A stretch of 64,000 nt of DNA, taken from a virus (Duplodnaviria > Caudoviricetes). The notes beneath the pieces are model-generated. The model had not been told where the DNA came from, searched no databases, and saw only the letters and a list, made by a program, of their open reading frames with translations. Where the stretch lies: positions 9,671-73,670 of the IMG/VR virus record IMGVR_UViG_3300037400_003843; one strand, 5' to 3'. Numbering within the stretch: the first letter of the stretch is position 1; each line of letters opens with the position of its first letter. This document shows, piece by piece, positions 23,690 through 32,375 of this stretch. A program made the translations under genes and the position numbers.

Positions 23690-25228
23690 ATGGCATTAGA
23701 GTTAAGAAAATACCAGGCACAGGCGGTTTCGGAAGTAAGATTTGCATTAGGGCGTTACCGTAAGGTTATGCTCCAGGCCGCTTGTGGGTTCGGCAAGACC
23801 GTTTGCTTCAGTTATATCGCTTCAAAGACGATAGAGAAGGGGCATAGAGTCCTTATCTTGTCCGACCGCTGCGAGATTCTGACGCAGAACGGTGGCGCAT
23901 TGGAGAAGATGGGCACCCAAGTCGAGTATGTCACTCCGAAGAACAAGAAGGTGCCGACCGGAATGTGTATCGTCTGTATGGCACAAACCCTTCGGCGAAG
24001 AATCGAAAAGCAAGAGTGGCTGGATTGGTTGCAAACGGTCGATTTTGTGGTTATTGATGAAGCACATTCTTGTAGTACGGACTTTATCCATCCGTATCTG
24101 CGCGAGAACGTATGGCTTCTGGGTTGCTCGGCTACGCCTGCCAGGAGAAGCCACCAAAAGCAGCTCTGCGAAATTTACAGGGCGATGGTTACGACCATAT
24201 CGACGAAGGAACTTATTGCTCTCGGATATCTATCAAAGTCGAACCACTATTCGATTATAGCCCCTTCTCTGGACGGATTGAATATAGATTCCGGCACCGG
24301 CGACTATAACCGCAAGCAACTTGCGATGCGCTTCGAGAATAAGGCTATCTATACCGGCATTGTGGATGAGTATATGCGACTGACTCCGCATAAGAGGGCT
24401 ATCTGCTTCTGTGTATCGGCGAAACAGGCTATTGAGCAGACGAAGATATTTAATGAGCGTGGAATATCGGCCAAGTATGTATTATCCGGCTCCTTTGATA
24501 GCGATGATACTTACAGCGGCAAGCGAAGCGATGTATTTCAAGACTTCAAAGACCACAAGTTCGAGGTGCTGGTTAATGTAGGTGTTGCAGTCGCAGGATT
24601 CGATCAAAAGGACATCGAAGTCGTAATCCTCAACTTCGCTACGGTATCCATTACAAGGTATCTACAGGCGACCGGTCGCGGTTCCAGAGTGACGGATACA
24701 AAGCACGAGTTTACGGTGCTTGATGCCGGCCGAAACTTCGCCAAGTTCGGAGTTTATGAGGCAGACCGTCAGTGGAGCCTACAACACGACGAGCATTCTT
24801 CGTCAGGCGTGATGGCAATGAAGATATGCGACACGACGAAGAAGGACTGTAACGGACATTATGGCTGCGGTCGCCTTGTTCCGACGACGCTAAAGATCTG
24901 CAAGGAATGTGGCTATGTCTTTCGCACTGCGGAGTATGAGTATCAGCTACACCTGGAAAAGGTTCAAGAGGAGAACTCAGAGGATAGCATCGAGGCTTTC
25001 GCTGCAAAAAAACGCGCAGAAGGGTGGAAGCTAAACAGAATTTGCGTTGCTGTTGGTCTAAGGGAACCCGATAGGGCAAGGCGAGCAGTAATGACCGCTT
25101 ATCTTGCTTGCTGCCCTGACAAGACAGAAGCGGACGCGAGGAAGTTCTGGTTTGTTTTTGAAAACAATGTATGGAAGAATGTCAAGCATAAGCGAAAAAA
25201 TGACAATGATGCTTCTTTGTTCCAATAA
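23690..25228 (+). CDS. SF2 DEAD/DEAH-box helicase with C-terminal zinc ribbon
   Basis: LRKYQ, GFGKT, IDEAH, SATP, GFD, QATGRGSR, CGRL...CKECG. Confidence 0.92.
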   Translation: MALELRKYQAQAVSEVRFALGRYRKVMLQAACGFGKTVCFSYIASKTIEKGHRVLILSDRCEILTQNGGALEKMGTQVEYVTPKNKKVPTGMCIVCMAQTLRRRIEKQEWLDWLQTVDFVVIDEAHSCSTDFIHPYLRENVWLLGCSATPARRSHQKQLCEIYRAMVTTISTKELIALGYLSKSNHYSIIAPSLDGLNIDSGTGDYNRKQLAMRFENKAIYTGIVDEYMRLTPHKRAICFCVSAKQAIEQTKIFNERGISAKYVLSGSFDSDDTYSGKRSDVFQDFKDHKFEVLVNVGVAVAGFDQKDIEVVILNFATVSITRYLQATGRGSRVTDTKHEFTVLDAGRNFAKFGVYEADRQWSLQHDEHSSSGVMAMKICDTTKKDCNGHYGCGRLVPTTLKICKECGYVFRTAEYEYQLHLEKVQEENSEDSIEAFAAKKRAEGWKLNRICVAVGLREPDRARRAVMTAYLACCPDKTEADARKFWFVFENNVWKNVKHKRKNDNDASLFQ

Positions 25229-25252
25229 TAATTCTTATATTTGCATAGTGAA

Positions 25253-25345
25253 ACTCGTATGACGGACGAGTGATAGAAATATAAAAGCCCCGGACAAGTA
25301 GGATAGTGCCGTCATCGCTATTTGAAAATTCGGGGTCTTTGTTTT
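25253..25345 (+). ncRNA. Kissing-loop leader RNA, copy 2
   Basis: Promoter TATATTTG at 25236-43; ACTCGT-[ATGACGG]-ACGAGT; P2 25287-95/25328-36; AAGTA/GAAA; P3 loop [CCGTCAT] at 25309-15. Confidence 0.85.
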
Positions 25346-25348
25346 ACT

Positions 25349-26512
25349 ATGATAGAAGAAGTTTGGAGCAATATATCTTGGGCGCCAGGATATATGGTCA
25401 GCACGCTTGGAAATGTAAGAAGTCTAAATTGGCGCAGGCAGGGCATAGCAAAGAATTTAATTCCGCGCCCGTCTGGCCGTGGATACCTCCAAGTATCTAT
25501 TCGGGTTAATAATACTCCCATCCGTGTTTATGTTCACAGGCTTGTCGCGGAGGCTTTTATAGATAACCCTAATGGATATCCACAGGTAAACCATAAGGAC
25601 GAGAATAAAACCAATAATAGAGTTGACAACCTTGAATGGTGTGACGGGTCCTATAATCAAAATTATGGCACAGTTAAGGAAAGGAGGCGTAGGACAAATG
25701 TCGGGAGAGGAAATATTTGTGCTGGAACACCCGTTTGCCAATACTCGTTGGATGGGGATTTTATTAGGGAGTACGCCACGATATCGGAAGCTCAAGAGAT
25801 TTCTGGTATAAATAGCATAGGTTCTGCAGTAAACGGAAAGGCTAAGCAAATGGGCGGTTTTATTTGGAGAAGAAAGGGAGAGGACGTCGGGGAGATTGAC
25901 TTCGATAGATATTCTCTTCATCACGCAAGACCGGTTAAGCAATACTCTCTTCGCGGGGATGAATTGGCCTCGTTTCTTTCTATTAAGGATGCCTCTGAAA
26001 CAACTGGTATACAGAGATTATCAATCATCAATTGCGCGAGGGGGAAATTTAGAACCGCTGGCGGCTATGTATGGAGGTATTGCGATGAAGAACACCACCC
26101 AAACAATATTAGGAGGGAATTCGAGTTTATGACAGACGAATTACACGATGTGCGTGGTTTTCATGGCGAATATAAGGTTAATAAACGCGGAGAAGTAATA
26201 AGCATGAATTTTCTGTCTACGAATCGGCTAGGAATAATGGAGGGTTATACTACAAAACGGGGATTTAGGGGGATAAATATGACAAAGGATGGAATTGCCT
26301 ACAGGAAATTGATTTGCATAATTGTAGCGCAATCTTTCATCCCGAATCCGAGCGGTTTTTCTTGTATTGAGCATATTGATGGGTGCCTTACTAATGACAA
26401 TGTGTCCAATTTACGATGGGTCCGCGGAAAGCGTGACAGAACAGACCTTGTCTGGCTCCGTAGCGTTAAAGATAAAGTGAGCGATGCGGACTCCTCGCCG
26501 AAACTGCTTTAG
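25349..26512 (+). CDS. Homing endonuclease with tandem NUMOD4-HNH modules and two NUMOD1 domains
   Basis: [22 protein letters not shown] ... [18 protein letters not shown]; two NUMOD1 repeats; second module [12 protein letters not shown] ... [18 protein letters not shown]. Confidence 0.88.
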   Translation: MIEEVWSNISWAPGYMVSTLGNVRSLNWRRQGIAKNLIPRPSGRGYLQVSIRVNNTPIRVYVHRLVAEAFIDNPNGYPQVNHKDENKTNNRVDNLEWCDGSYNQNYGTVKERRRRTNVGRGNICAGTPVCQYSLDGDFIREYATISEAQEISGINSIGSAVNGKAKQMGGFIWRRKGEDVGEIDFDRYSLHHARPVKQYSLRGDELASFLSIKDASETTGIQRLSIINCARGKFRTAGGYVWRYCDEEHHPNNIRREFEFMTDELHDVRGFHGEYKVNKRGEVISMNFLSTNRLGIMEGYTTKRGFRGINMTKDGIAYRKLICIIVAQSFIPNPSGFSCIEHIDGCLTNDNVSNLRWVRGKRDRTDLVWLRSVKDKVSDADSSPKLL

Positions 26513-26515
26513 AGT

Positions 26516-27247
26516 ATGGAGATAAAAGGAAAGGTTTGGTGCATGTTCGAGCAGAGCGGCACCTTTAAGAATGAGTTTAAGAAGCTCGGATACGACGCGG
26601 TTGACCTGGATATCCAAAACAACTTCGGCGAGACGGATTATCAGATAGATTTGTTCGCGGAGATAGAAAAAGCATATAGGGGGGGGTGGCAAAGTGTTTT
26701 TGATTCAATCACTTACGATGATTTAATTATGGCGTTTTTCCCTTGTATACATTTCTGCGATTTTAAAACGCTCTATTTTTTGGGAGTGAATATCGGACAA
26801 AAAGGGAAGCCCCTGCACGAACTTATGCGTCAAAATATAGAATTTGCAAAGCAGAGGGAAGCCTTCTTTTACACGCTGATGGAATTTGTCGCAGTGTGTT
26901 CATCCAGGGGACTCCGCCTTATAATTGAAAACCCTTATAATTCCAGCGGAATGACATATCTTGAAAATAACTTCATCCGCCCTACGATTATAGACAAAAA
27001 TAGGATGACGCGCGGGGATTATTACGTCAAACCGACTGGTTACTGGTTTGTGAATTGCGCCCCTACGTACGGATTTACGGAGCAGAGAGACAAGAGGCAG
27101 AAGACTATAATGAAGGCAAAGATGAGGGCCAAGCCGGGAGTCTGCAACGAGGAAAGGTCCATGATTTCCCCCGACTACGCACGCAACTTCATCTGCGACT
27201 TCATCCTCGGCAAGGAGCAGGCATTTTCGGAACCGAAACTGTTTTAG
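26516..27247 (+). CDS. C5-cytosine DNA methyltransferase-like protein, G8 tract in frame
   Basis: FEQSG (motif I-like), FFPC (catalytic PC), IIENP (motif VI-like), KPTGYW; G8 at 26679-26686. Confidence 0.7.
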   Translation: MEIKGKVWCMFEQSGTFKNEFKKLGYDAVDLDIQNNFGETDYQIDLFAEIEKAYRGGWQSVFDSITYDDLIMAFFPCIHFCDFKTLYFLGVNIGQKGKPLHELMRQNIEFAKQREAFFYTLMEFVAVCSSRGLRLIIENPYNSSGMTYLENNFIRPTIIDKNRMTRGDYYVKPTGYWFVNCAPTYGFTEQRDKRQKTIMKAKMRAKPGVCNEERSMISPDYARNFICDFILGKEQAFSEPKLF

Positions 27248-27275
27248 TGGCACGGGATTTGCAGGTGTAACGGTT

Positions 27276-27470
27276 ATGAGACAAGCAGACATAAATAGAG
27301 TAAAGAAGGCGCAGTCTCACATTGAGTCGGCGCGAATTCTCCTGCAAAACATAAAGTGGGAGAATCTATCGACGATTGAAGACACCTGCCGCAGCAATGC
27401 GTATGATGGGCTCAAATCGGCGGAGTATGGATTGATAGACATGGTTAATTGTGATGGGCATCGAGATTAG
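27276..27470 (+). CDS. Hypothetical protein
   Basis: 64 aa ORF. Confidence 0.55.
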   Translation: MRQADINRVKKAQSHIESARILLQNIKWENLSTIEDTCRSNAYDGLKSAEYGLIDMVNCDGHRD

Positions 27471-27503
27471 ACGGAATAGTCCCAAGAAAAGCGAATACGA
27501 GAA

Positions 27504-27746
27504 ATGATACACAAATGTTTGCAATACTGGCTGCAGTCCGCTGACGAGTCTGGTGTGCATGTGCATCCGCAGATACAGATGGAACGGCTCGGCCTAGGCA
27601 ACTACTACCGTGGCATTCCAGTAACAATATGCGACTGCTGGCTCTTTCTCTTCGAGCAATGGCCGGATATAGAACTGCCGAGTTACATTGTGAAGAAGGA
27701 ATTGGATGACGAGAAGTTTCCCGTATTAAAACCGAGACAGAAATGA
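27504..27746 (+). CDS. Hypothetical protein
   Basis: 80 aa; ATGA overlap with the next gene. Confidence 0.55.
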   Translation: MIHKCLQYWLQSADESGVHVHPQIQMERLGLGNYYRGIPVTICDCWLFLFEQWPDIELPSYIVKKELDDEKFPVLKPRQK

Positions 27747-28063
27747 AACTACTTAGAGATAAAACAATTGACGTTTTGGATTCGGTATTGGCTGAAATTC
27801 AACTCAGGGAATGGGAGGCACGCAAAAGTCACGAGTTTAGGTTCGCTGATGGGCTGAATTCTGCGTGGAGATTCCTTGCCGATATGCACGCAGAATATGT
27901 AAACCAGAAGGCGAAAAGAAATCCGATATTTAGGTGGAGAATTTGGCTGAGATATAAAAAGGCCAGCAAAGAAATAAGGGATGTCGTACCGGCAGAAAAG
28001 GTCGGCGACGAGTATATTATAAGGCTTAAATTGCATAAACCCAAACCCATTGATAGCCTATGA
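27743..28063 (+). CDS. Hypothetical protein
   Basis: 106 aa; ATGA overlaps. Confidence 0.6.
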   Translation: MKLLRDKTIDVLDSVLAEIQLREWEARKSHEFRFADGLNSAWRFLADMHAEYVNQKAKRNPIFRWRIWLRYKKASKEIRDVVPAEKVGDEYIIRLKLHKPKPIDSL

Positions 28064-28203
28064 CCATCGAAGAATACAAGGCCCAGCCGTTCAAGGACGC
28101 GACCATCGGAGACTGGTGGAGCACCTTTGACCGCAGGACTCGCCGTGAGATAGAGCGGATTGTCAAGAAGGGGAAGAACCCGGATATAATGAACTATATT
28201 TGA
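28060..28203 (+). CDS. Small hypothetical protein (47 aa)
   Basis: Manual translation MTIEEYKAQPFKDATIGDWW... Confidence 0.55.
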   Translation: MTIEEYKAQPFKDATIGDWWSTFDRRTRREIERIVKKGKNPDIMNYI

Positions 28204-28394
28204 GTGATATGACAGACCGAGAGATAATGCACAAGCTGCTTGACGAGATCCTTGATTCCGGAAATCACGTAGCGATTCACACAGAGTTTTTCCCGGGGAT
28301 TCCCGGAAAGATACCTGCACTACAAAAGAATTATAGACTTGAGATAAAAGAAGCCTCATTCACAGTTAAAAAACAGAGTTATGACCATCAATGA
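28200..28394 (+). CDS. Hypothetical protein
   Basis: 64 aa; GTGA overlap. Confidence 0.55.
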   Translation: MSDMTDREIMHKLLDEILDSGNHVAIHTEFFPGIPGKIPALQKNYRLEIKEASFTVKKQSYDHQ

Positions 28395-28533
28395 ATACAA
28401 AGGCAAGTTCCTCGACCTTCTCGAGGAGATGCAGAAGGAGCACGGTGTGGTTCATTTTGTGCATATCGAACAGAATCTTGATATGCTTCCAGAAGGAGTT
28501 CCTCTTGTCACGAGCGTAACAATCGAATTCTAA
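28381..28533 (+). CDS. Small protein (50 aa), paralogue A
   Basis: MTINEYKGKFLDLLEEMQKEHGVVHFVHIE...VTIEF. Confidence 0.6.
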   Translation: MTINEYKGKFLDLLEEMQKEHGVVHFVHIEQNLDMLPEGVPLVTSVTIEF

Positions 28534-28534
28534 T

Positions 28535-28678
28535 ATGACACTATTAGAATACAAGAAAGCATTCTCCGATTTGCATGAGCAGTTGGAGAAGGAATATGGC
28601 ACCAAGGCTGAGGTGCATATTTACGAGGAGAAAGAAACATACGGCCGATGGGTAACAACGATAGAAATCAAGTTCTGA
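28535..28678 (+). CDS. Small protein (47 aa), paralogue B
   Basis: MTLLEYKKAFSDLHEQLEKEYGTKAEVHIYE...IEIKF. Confidence 0.6.
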   Translation: MTLLEYKKAFSDLHEQLEKEYGTKAEVHIYEEKETYGRWVTTIEIKF

Positions 28679-28753
28679 TATGCCAATCATTGAGACCCCG
28701 CCGCATTTTCTCTTCCAAATAATTTTGCTATCTTTGCGAAAAATCGTGATAAT

Positions 28754-28954
28754 ATGAGACTTGAATTTACCGGCACTCCGCTGGAGTACGCACAGAGCCT
28801 TACTGAAAAGGAGCTGAAGAAGGTCATCCGCGATTGCAAGAAAGGCAATTACGACGAATTTACGGATCGCTGCCGTCTTTGTTTTGAGCACTATCTTGCT
28901 GGAAACGAGACCATGGCCAAGTGGTGGAGCAATCACGCCGAGCTGGTGAAATGA
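28754..28954 (+). CDS. Hypothetical protein
   Basis: 66 aa; TATCTTTG promoter at 28729-36. Confidence 0.6.
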   Translation: MRLEFTGTPLEYAQSLTEKELKKVIRDCKKGNYDEFTDRCRLCFEHYLAGNETMAKWWSNHAELVK

Positions 28955-29358
28955 TATTAGAGACTCCGGAGCGGCCTAAGAAGCGGGGCCATTCGATGCC
29001 AGAGGGAAAAATCCAGGCAGAATGCTATCAGCATTTCTGGAACACTTACCCGCAGTATCGAGGCCTCTATTTTGCTGTACCGAACGAAAACAACCGGGCA
29101 GACTCAAACGCAATCACCGGCGCTATCCGCAGGTCTATGGGTGTATATCATGGCGTATCTGACACGCTTATGCTTATCCCTCGCGGGCCATATCATGGAC
29201 TTTGCATCGAATACAAGGACGAGAAGGGCCGGCAGTCAGAGCACCAGATAGCTTGGCAAAAGCTCGTCGAGTCGCAGGGATACGCTTATCGGGTCTGCCG
29301 CAGTTTAGAACAATTTAAAATTATCGTTGGCGAATACTTCGCTTTGCATCATGCCTAA
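28951..29358 (+). CDS. VRR-NUC domain nuclease (Holliday-junction resolvase-like)
   Basis: EGKIQAEC, FAVPNE, GVSDTLML, GLCIEYKDEKGRQSEHQIAWQ. Confidence 0.88.
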   Translation: MILETPERPKKRGHSMPEGKIQAECYQHFWNTYPQYRGLYFAVPNENNRADSNAITGAIRRSMGVYHGVSDTLMLIPRGPYHGLCIEYKDEKGRQSEHQIAWQKLVESQGYAYRVCRSLEQFKIIVGEYFALHHA

Positions 29359-29974
29359 AAACACTATCATACCGATGCGGCCGGATGGATTCAATTCGAG
29401 TCTCACCCAGGGCGAGCAGACCTGTCTCACATGGTTGGTCCTCTCTGGTTGCTCCAAAGAGGATGCCTTTATCCTTTTCGCTCGGCCAGATATGGCAGAA
29501 TCAAGGGCCAGGGCCGTAGTGAAGGAGACCATCAAGCAGTTCTATGCCAGGGCCGAGGTAAAGGAATACCTCACGGCGTACAGGACGACTCTGGAGGACC
29601 TGGTTAACCAGAAGCGAAAGGAAAAGGAGCCGGTCTGCACAGGCACGCTCGAGGAAAGGAAGGCTCGCGCAAAGACCAGAGCAACAGAGTTTGCCATGTC
29701 ACTAGCTGAAAATATTGACCAGGCAGATGACCCTGAATATGTTCTCAAACTTATGGACAAAGTCGGTCTCCTCGACGCGGAAGAGCAGGTAGAAGAGCAG
29801 CCGAGAAGGTATATTCCTCAATCTTGTTTGGACGGCTGCAGGTATAGGATGTTTGTTGAAGAGAACTGTGAAGACGAATGCCAATTTTGTCGATACAAAA
29901 AGTATGGCGAGGAAAATGGCGTACATTTCAAAAACGAGGAAATGCTAGATATCCCACAAAAAGTTGTGGAATAA
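29351..29974 (+). CDS. Putative terminase small subunit
   Basis: Helical N-terminal DNA-binding-like region and coiled coil; upstream of terL once the HEG insertions are discounted; called mainly on position. Confidence 0.45.
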   Translation: MPKNTIIPMRPDGFNSSLTQGEQTCLTWLVLSGCSKEDAFILFARPDMAESRARAVVKETIKQFYARAEVKEYLTAYRTTLEDLVNQKRKEKEPVCTGTLEERKARAKTRATEFAMSLAENIDQADDPEYVLKLMDKVGLLDAEEQVEEQPRRYIPQSCLDGCRYRMFVEENCEDECQFCRYKKYGEENGVHFKNEEMLDIPQKVVE

Positions 29975-29998
29975 ACAAATAATTGCTATCTTTGTATT

Positions 29999-30090
29999 GC
30001 TATGGACGAGATAGCTATTTAGATACATAAAGCCCTGGATTAGTAGGCGCGAGCTCGTCCCTCCGTTGAAAGTTCAGGGCGCTTTGTTTT
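29999..30090 (+). ncRNA. Kissing-loop leader RNA, copy 3
   Basis: Promoter TATCTTTG at 29987-94; GCTAT-[GGACGAG]-ATAGC; P2 30032-40/30072-80; TAGTA/GAAA; P3 loop [CTCGTCC] at 30054-60. Confidence 0.85.
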
Positions 30091-30093
30091 CAA

Positions 30094-31059
30094 ATGAGAG
30101 TAAGAGATATTGTTATCGGGGAACGATACAAGGATATCCTTGTTGTAGGCCCCAAGTATCGAAAGAACAGGGCAACATATTACGGTTGTCAGTGTATGCG
30201 ATGTGGGAAAATTTACGAAATGCGTAATGATCATATCGGAAATTCTACGTGTTGTGCTGATTGTTTTCCGAAGGACAACATTGTTGATTTATCTGGGAAA
30301 AGATTCGGCCGTCTTGTTGCATTAAAGTATGTTGGGCGAAATAACGATAGGTCTTTATGGCGGTGTATTTGTGATTGCGGTAAAGAATCTATTACTGGAT
30401 ACTCGAATCTTGTAAGCGGGAACACCCGCTCTTGCGGATGCCTTGAGAAAGAAAATCTTGCGTATATTCAAAAGCATTCTTGCCGCAGAAAATCGGCGTC
30501 AAAGGAATTTAAACAAACTTTATCCGAACACCCTCTATATGGTTTATGGTCCTCAATGCTCACAAGGTGCTACAACAAATCACGCAACTCTTATAAGCAT
30601 TATGGCGGAAGAGGAATAAAAGTTTGCGACAGGTGGCTTCCAGAGAATAAGGGGTTCGAGAACTTCTTAAATGATATGGGGCCGAGACCGAGTATTGAAT
30701 ATACTCTTGATAGAATAGATAATGAAGGAGATTATTGCCCAGAGAACTGTAGGTGGGCGACGCCAAGACAACAGGGCAGTAATAAGCGAACAAGTATAAT
30801 TTTATTCTATAAGGGGGCGAGAATTCCCGCTTTGGATGTATGCGAGGCGACTGGGCTAAAATATCAAACTCTATCGCATCAACTAAAGAGAGGATACGAT
30901 ATAAACATAATTATAGAGAATAAGGGCGCAGACTTTCGCCAAGGCAAATACAAGAAAAATCTTGACGCTATTAAAACAGGAAACAGAAATATTACTATCT
31001 TTGTGCCAGAGTTAGAATCCGATGGCACGGAACTTGCAGAAGAAAATCCGACTGAATAG
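30094..31059 (+). CDS. HNH-type homing endonuclease (Cys-rich, non-NUMOD4 class)
   Basis: DLSGKRFGRLVA, WRCICDCG, SCGCL, WSSMLTRC, YGGRGIKVCDRW, TLDRIDNEGDYCPENCRWAT. Confidence 0.88.
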   Translation: MRVRDIVIGERYKDILVVGPKYRKNRATYYGCQCMRCGKIYEMRNDHIGNSTCCADCFPKDNIVDLSGKRFGRLVALKYVGRNNDRSLWRCICDCGKESITGYSNLVSGNTRSCGCLEKENLAYIQKHSCRRKSASKEFKQTLSEHPLYGLWSSMLTRCYNKSRNSYKHYGGRGIKVCDRWLPENKGFENFLNDMGPRPSIEYTLDRIDNEGDYCPENCRWATPRQQGSNKRTSIILFYKGARIPALDVCEATGLKYQTLSHQLKRGYDINIIIENKGADFRQGKYKKNLDAIKTGNRNITIFVPELESDGTELAEENPTE

Positions 31060-31130
31060 TCGTGTCCATTGCTTCTTGGGCGGTGAAGAATAGTAGCCGC
31101 CTTTTTTATGAAACTTTTTTGTTATATTAT

Positions 31131-31427
31131 ATGGAAATTAAAGGAAGAGTCTTAGAGAAGCCCGCATCAAAGACGGGCGTTTCATCTAGAGGCCCCTGGA
31201 AAAGGGCGCAGTTGGTAATCCGTTATGAGGACGGGCAATACCCTAAGGATATTCTCCTGTCGAATATGAACAAGGCGGAAGAATTTGAGCGCATCCCGAT
31301 TGGCGCGACGGGAACATTTAAATTTGACGGCAGTGTTCGGGGAAAAGACGGGAATTACTATCTCGACCTAAACTGCTGGTCTTGGACGCTTGATCAGGCT
31401 GCACCTGGCAGCGCGGATCCGATTTAG
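31131..31427 (+). CDS. DUF3127-family SSB-like protein
   Basis: MEIKGRV ... GVSSRGPWKR ... QYPKDI ... YLDLNCW; typical of Bacteroidetes. Confidence 0.8.
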   Translation: MEIKGRVLEKPASKTGVSSRGPWKRAQLVIRYEDGQYPKDILLSNMNKAEEFERIPIGATGTFKFDGSVRGKDGNYYLDLNCWSWTLDQAAPGSADPI

Positions 31428-31465
31428 TTTGGAAAATCCAAAATCTTTTCCTATCTTTGTGGTAC

Positions 31466-31556
31466 GGTAAGGTCCAGTTACCACAGATAGAAACCTAAAG
31501 CCCCACAACGAGTAGGCGCGTGCTGGACCCACCGCCGAAAGTTGTGGGGTATTTTG
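31466..31556 (+). ncRNA. Kissing-loop leader RNA, copy 4
   Basis: Promoter TATCTTTG at 31452-59 with TTTG at 31428-31; GGTAA-[GGTCCAG]-TTACC; P2 31500-09/31541-50; GAGTA/GAAA; P3 loop [CTGGACC] at 31523-29. Confidence 0.85.
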
Positions 31557-31563
31557 TAGTATT

Positions 31564-32334
31564 ATGCCTTGGAAGAGATTAACAAGAGAGGAATTTATTC
31601 AGAGAGCAAAAGCCGTAAATGGGGATGCGTATAATTATGACCTAATCGAATATGAGGGGATGACGAAGAAGATTCATGTAGTCGGGATGGACGGCGAGTT
31701 CGATATATGGCCTTATAATTTTTTAAGAAGGCGCGGACCGCAGACAAAAAATAAGCCTGGATGGAAGGGAGATAGGAGGAGGCCGCTTTACGGTGTTGGA
31801 ATAAACGACGAATTTGGGGTTACGAGAACACCGGCATATAGGAAATGGGCCGGTATCATCGAGCGGTGCTATAAGCCAAATAGAGGGAAACGCTATCCGG
31901 CATATGTTGGCTGCTCAATCTGTGACGAATGGAAATATTTTTCTTGTTTCAGGCGATGGTTTGAAAAGAATTCTATACCCGGTTATGATTTGGATAAAGA
32001 TATATTGAAGCAAGGTAATCGTGTTTATTGCCCAGAGTATTGCTGTTTTGTTCCGAGAGAAATTAACCTTCTAATTTCTGGGCTAAATATTAAACGCAAG
32101 GACAACTTGCCAGTTGGCGTTTGTTACTCGGGGAGCAAGAAGAACCCCTATGTTGTAAGATTAAAATGCCAGAAAAGGACTATTCATGTTGGATTGTTTA
32201 AGACAGCAGAAGACGCATCTGCCGAATACAAGAAAATAAAAAAAGGAGAAATAATTCGAGTCGCAAACGAATATTTCAAAGACGGGAAAATATCAGAAAG
32301 AGTCTACAATGCACTCTTGTCCTTTGAAGTTTGA
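31564..32334 (+). CDS. HNH/AP2-type homing endonuclease
   Basis: YGVGIND, WAGIIERCY, YVGCSICDEWKYFSCF, LDKDIL, YCPEYCCFVPREIN, LPVGV, AP2-like IHVGLFKTAEDA. Confidence 0.85.
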   Translation: MPWKRLTREEFIQRAKAVNGDAYNYDLIEYEGMTKKIHVVGMDGEFDIWPYNFLRRRGPQTKNKPGWKGDRRRPLYGVGINDEFGVTRTPAYRKWAGIIERCYKPNRGKRYPAYVGCSICDEWKYFSCFRRWFEKNSIPGYDLDKDILKQGNRVYCPEYCCFVPREINLLISGLNIKRKDNLPVGVCYSGSKKNPYVVRLKCQKRTIHVGLFKTAEDASAEYKKIKKGEIIRVANEYFKDGKISERVYNALLSFEV

Positions 32335-32375
32335 AATTATGCAAGTATTTTTTATCTTTGCATCAAATTGGTAAA

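Noticed and set aside
19285-31556. Reading the kissing-loop leaders as plain intrinsic terminators or as IS/MITE ends
   Set aside because: A terminator would not need a second hairpin with a fully complementary, covarying 7-nt loop or a conserved AGUA/GAA motif. There is no transposase, terminal inverted repeat or target duplication.
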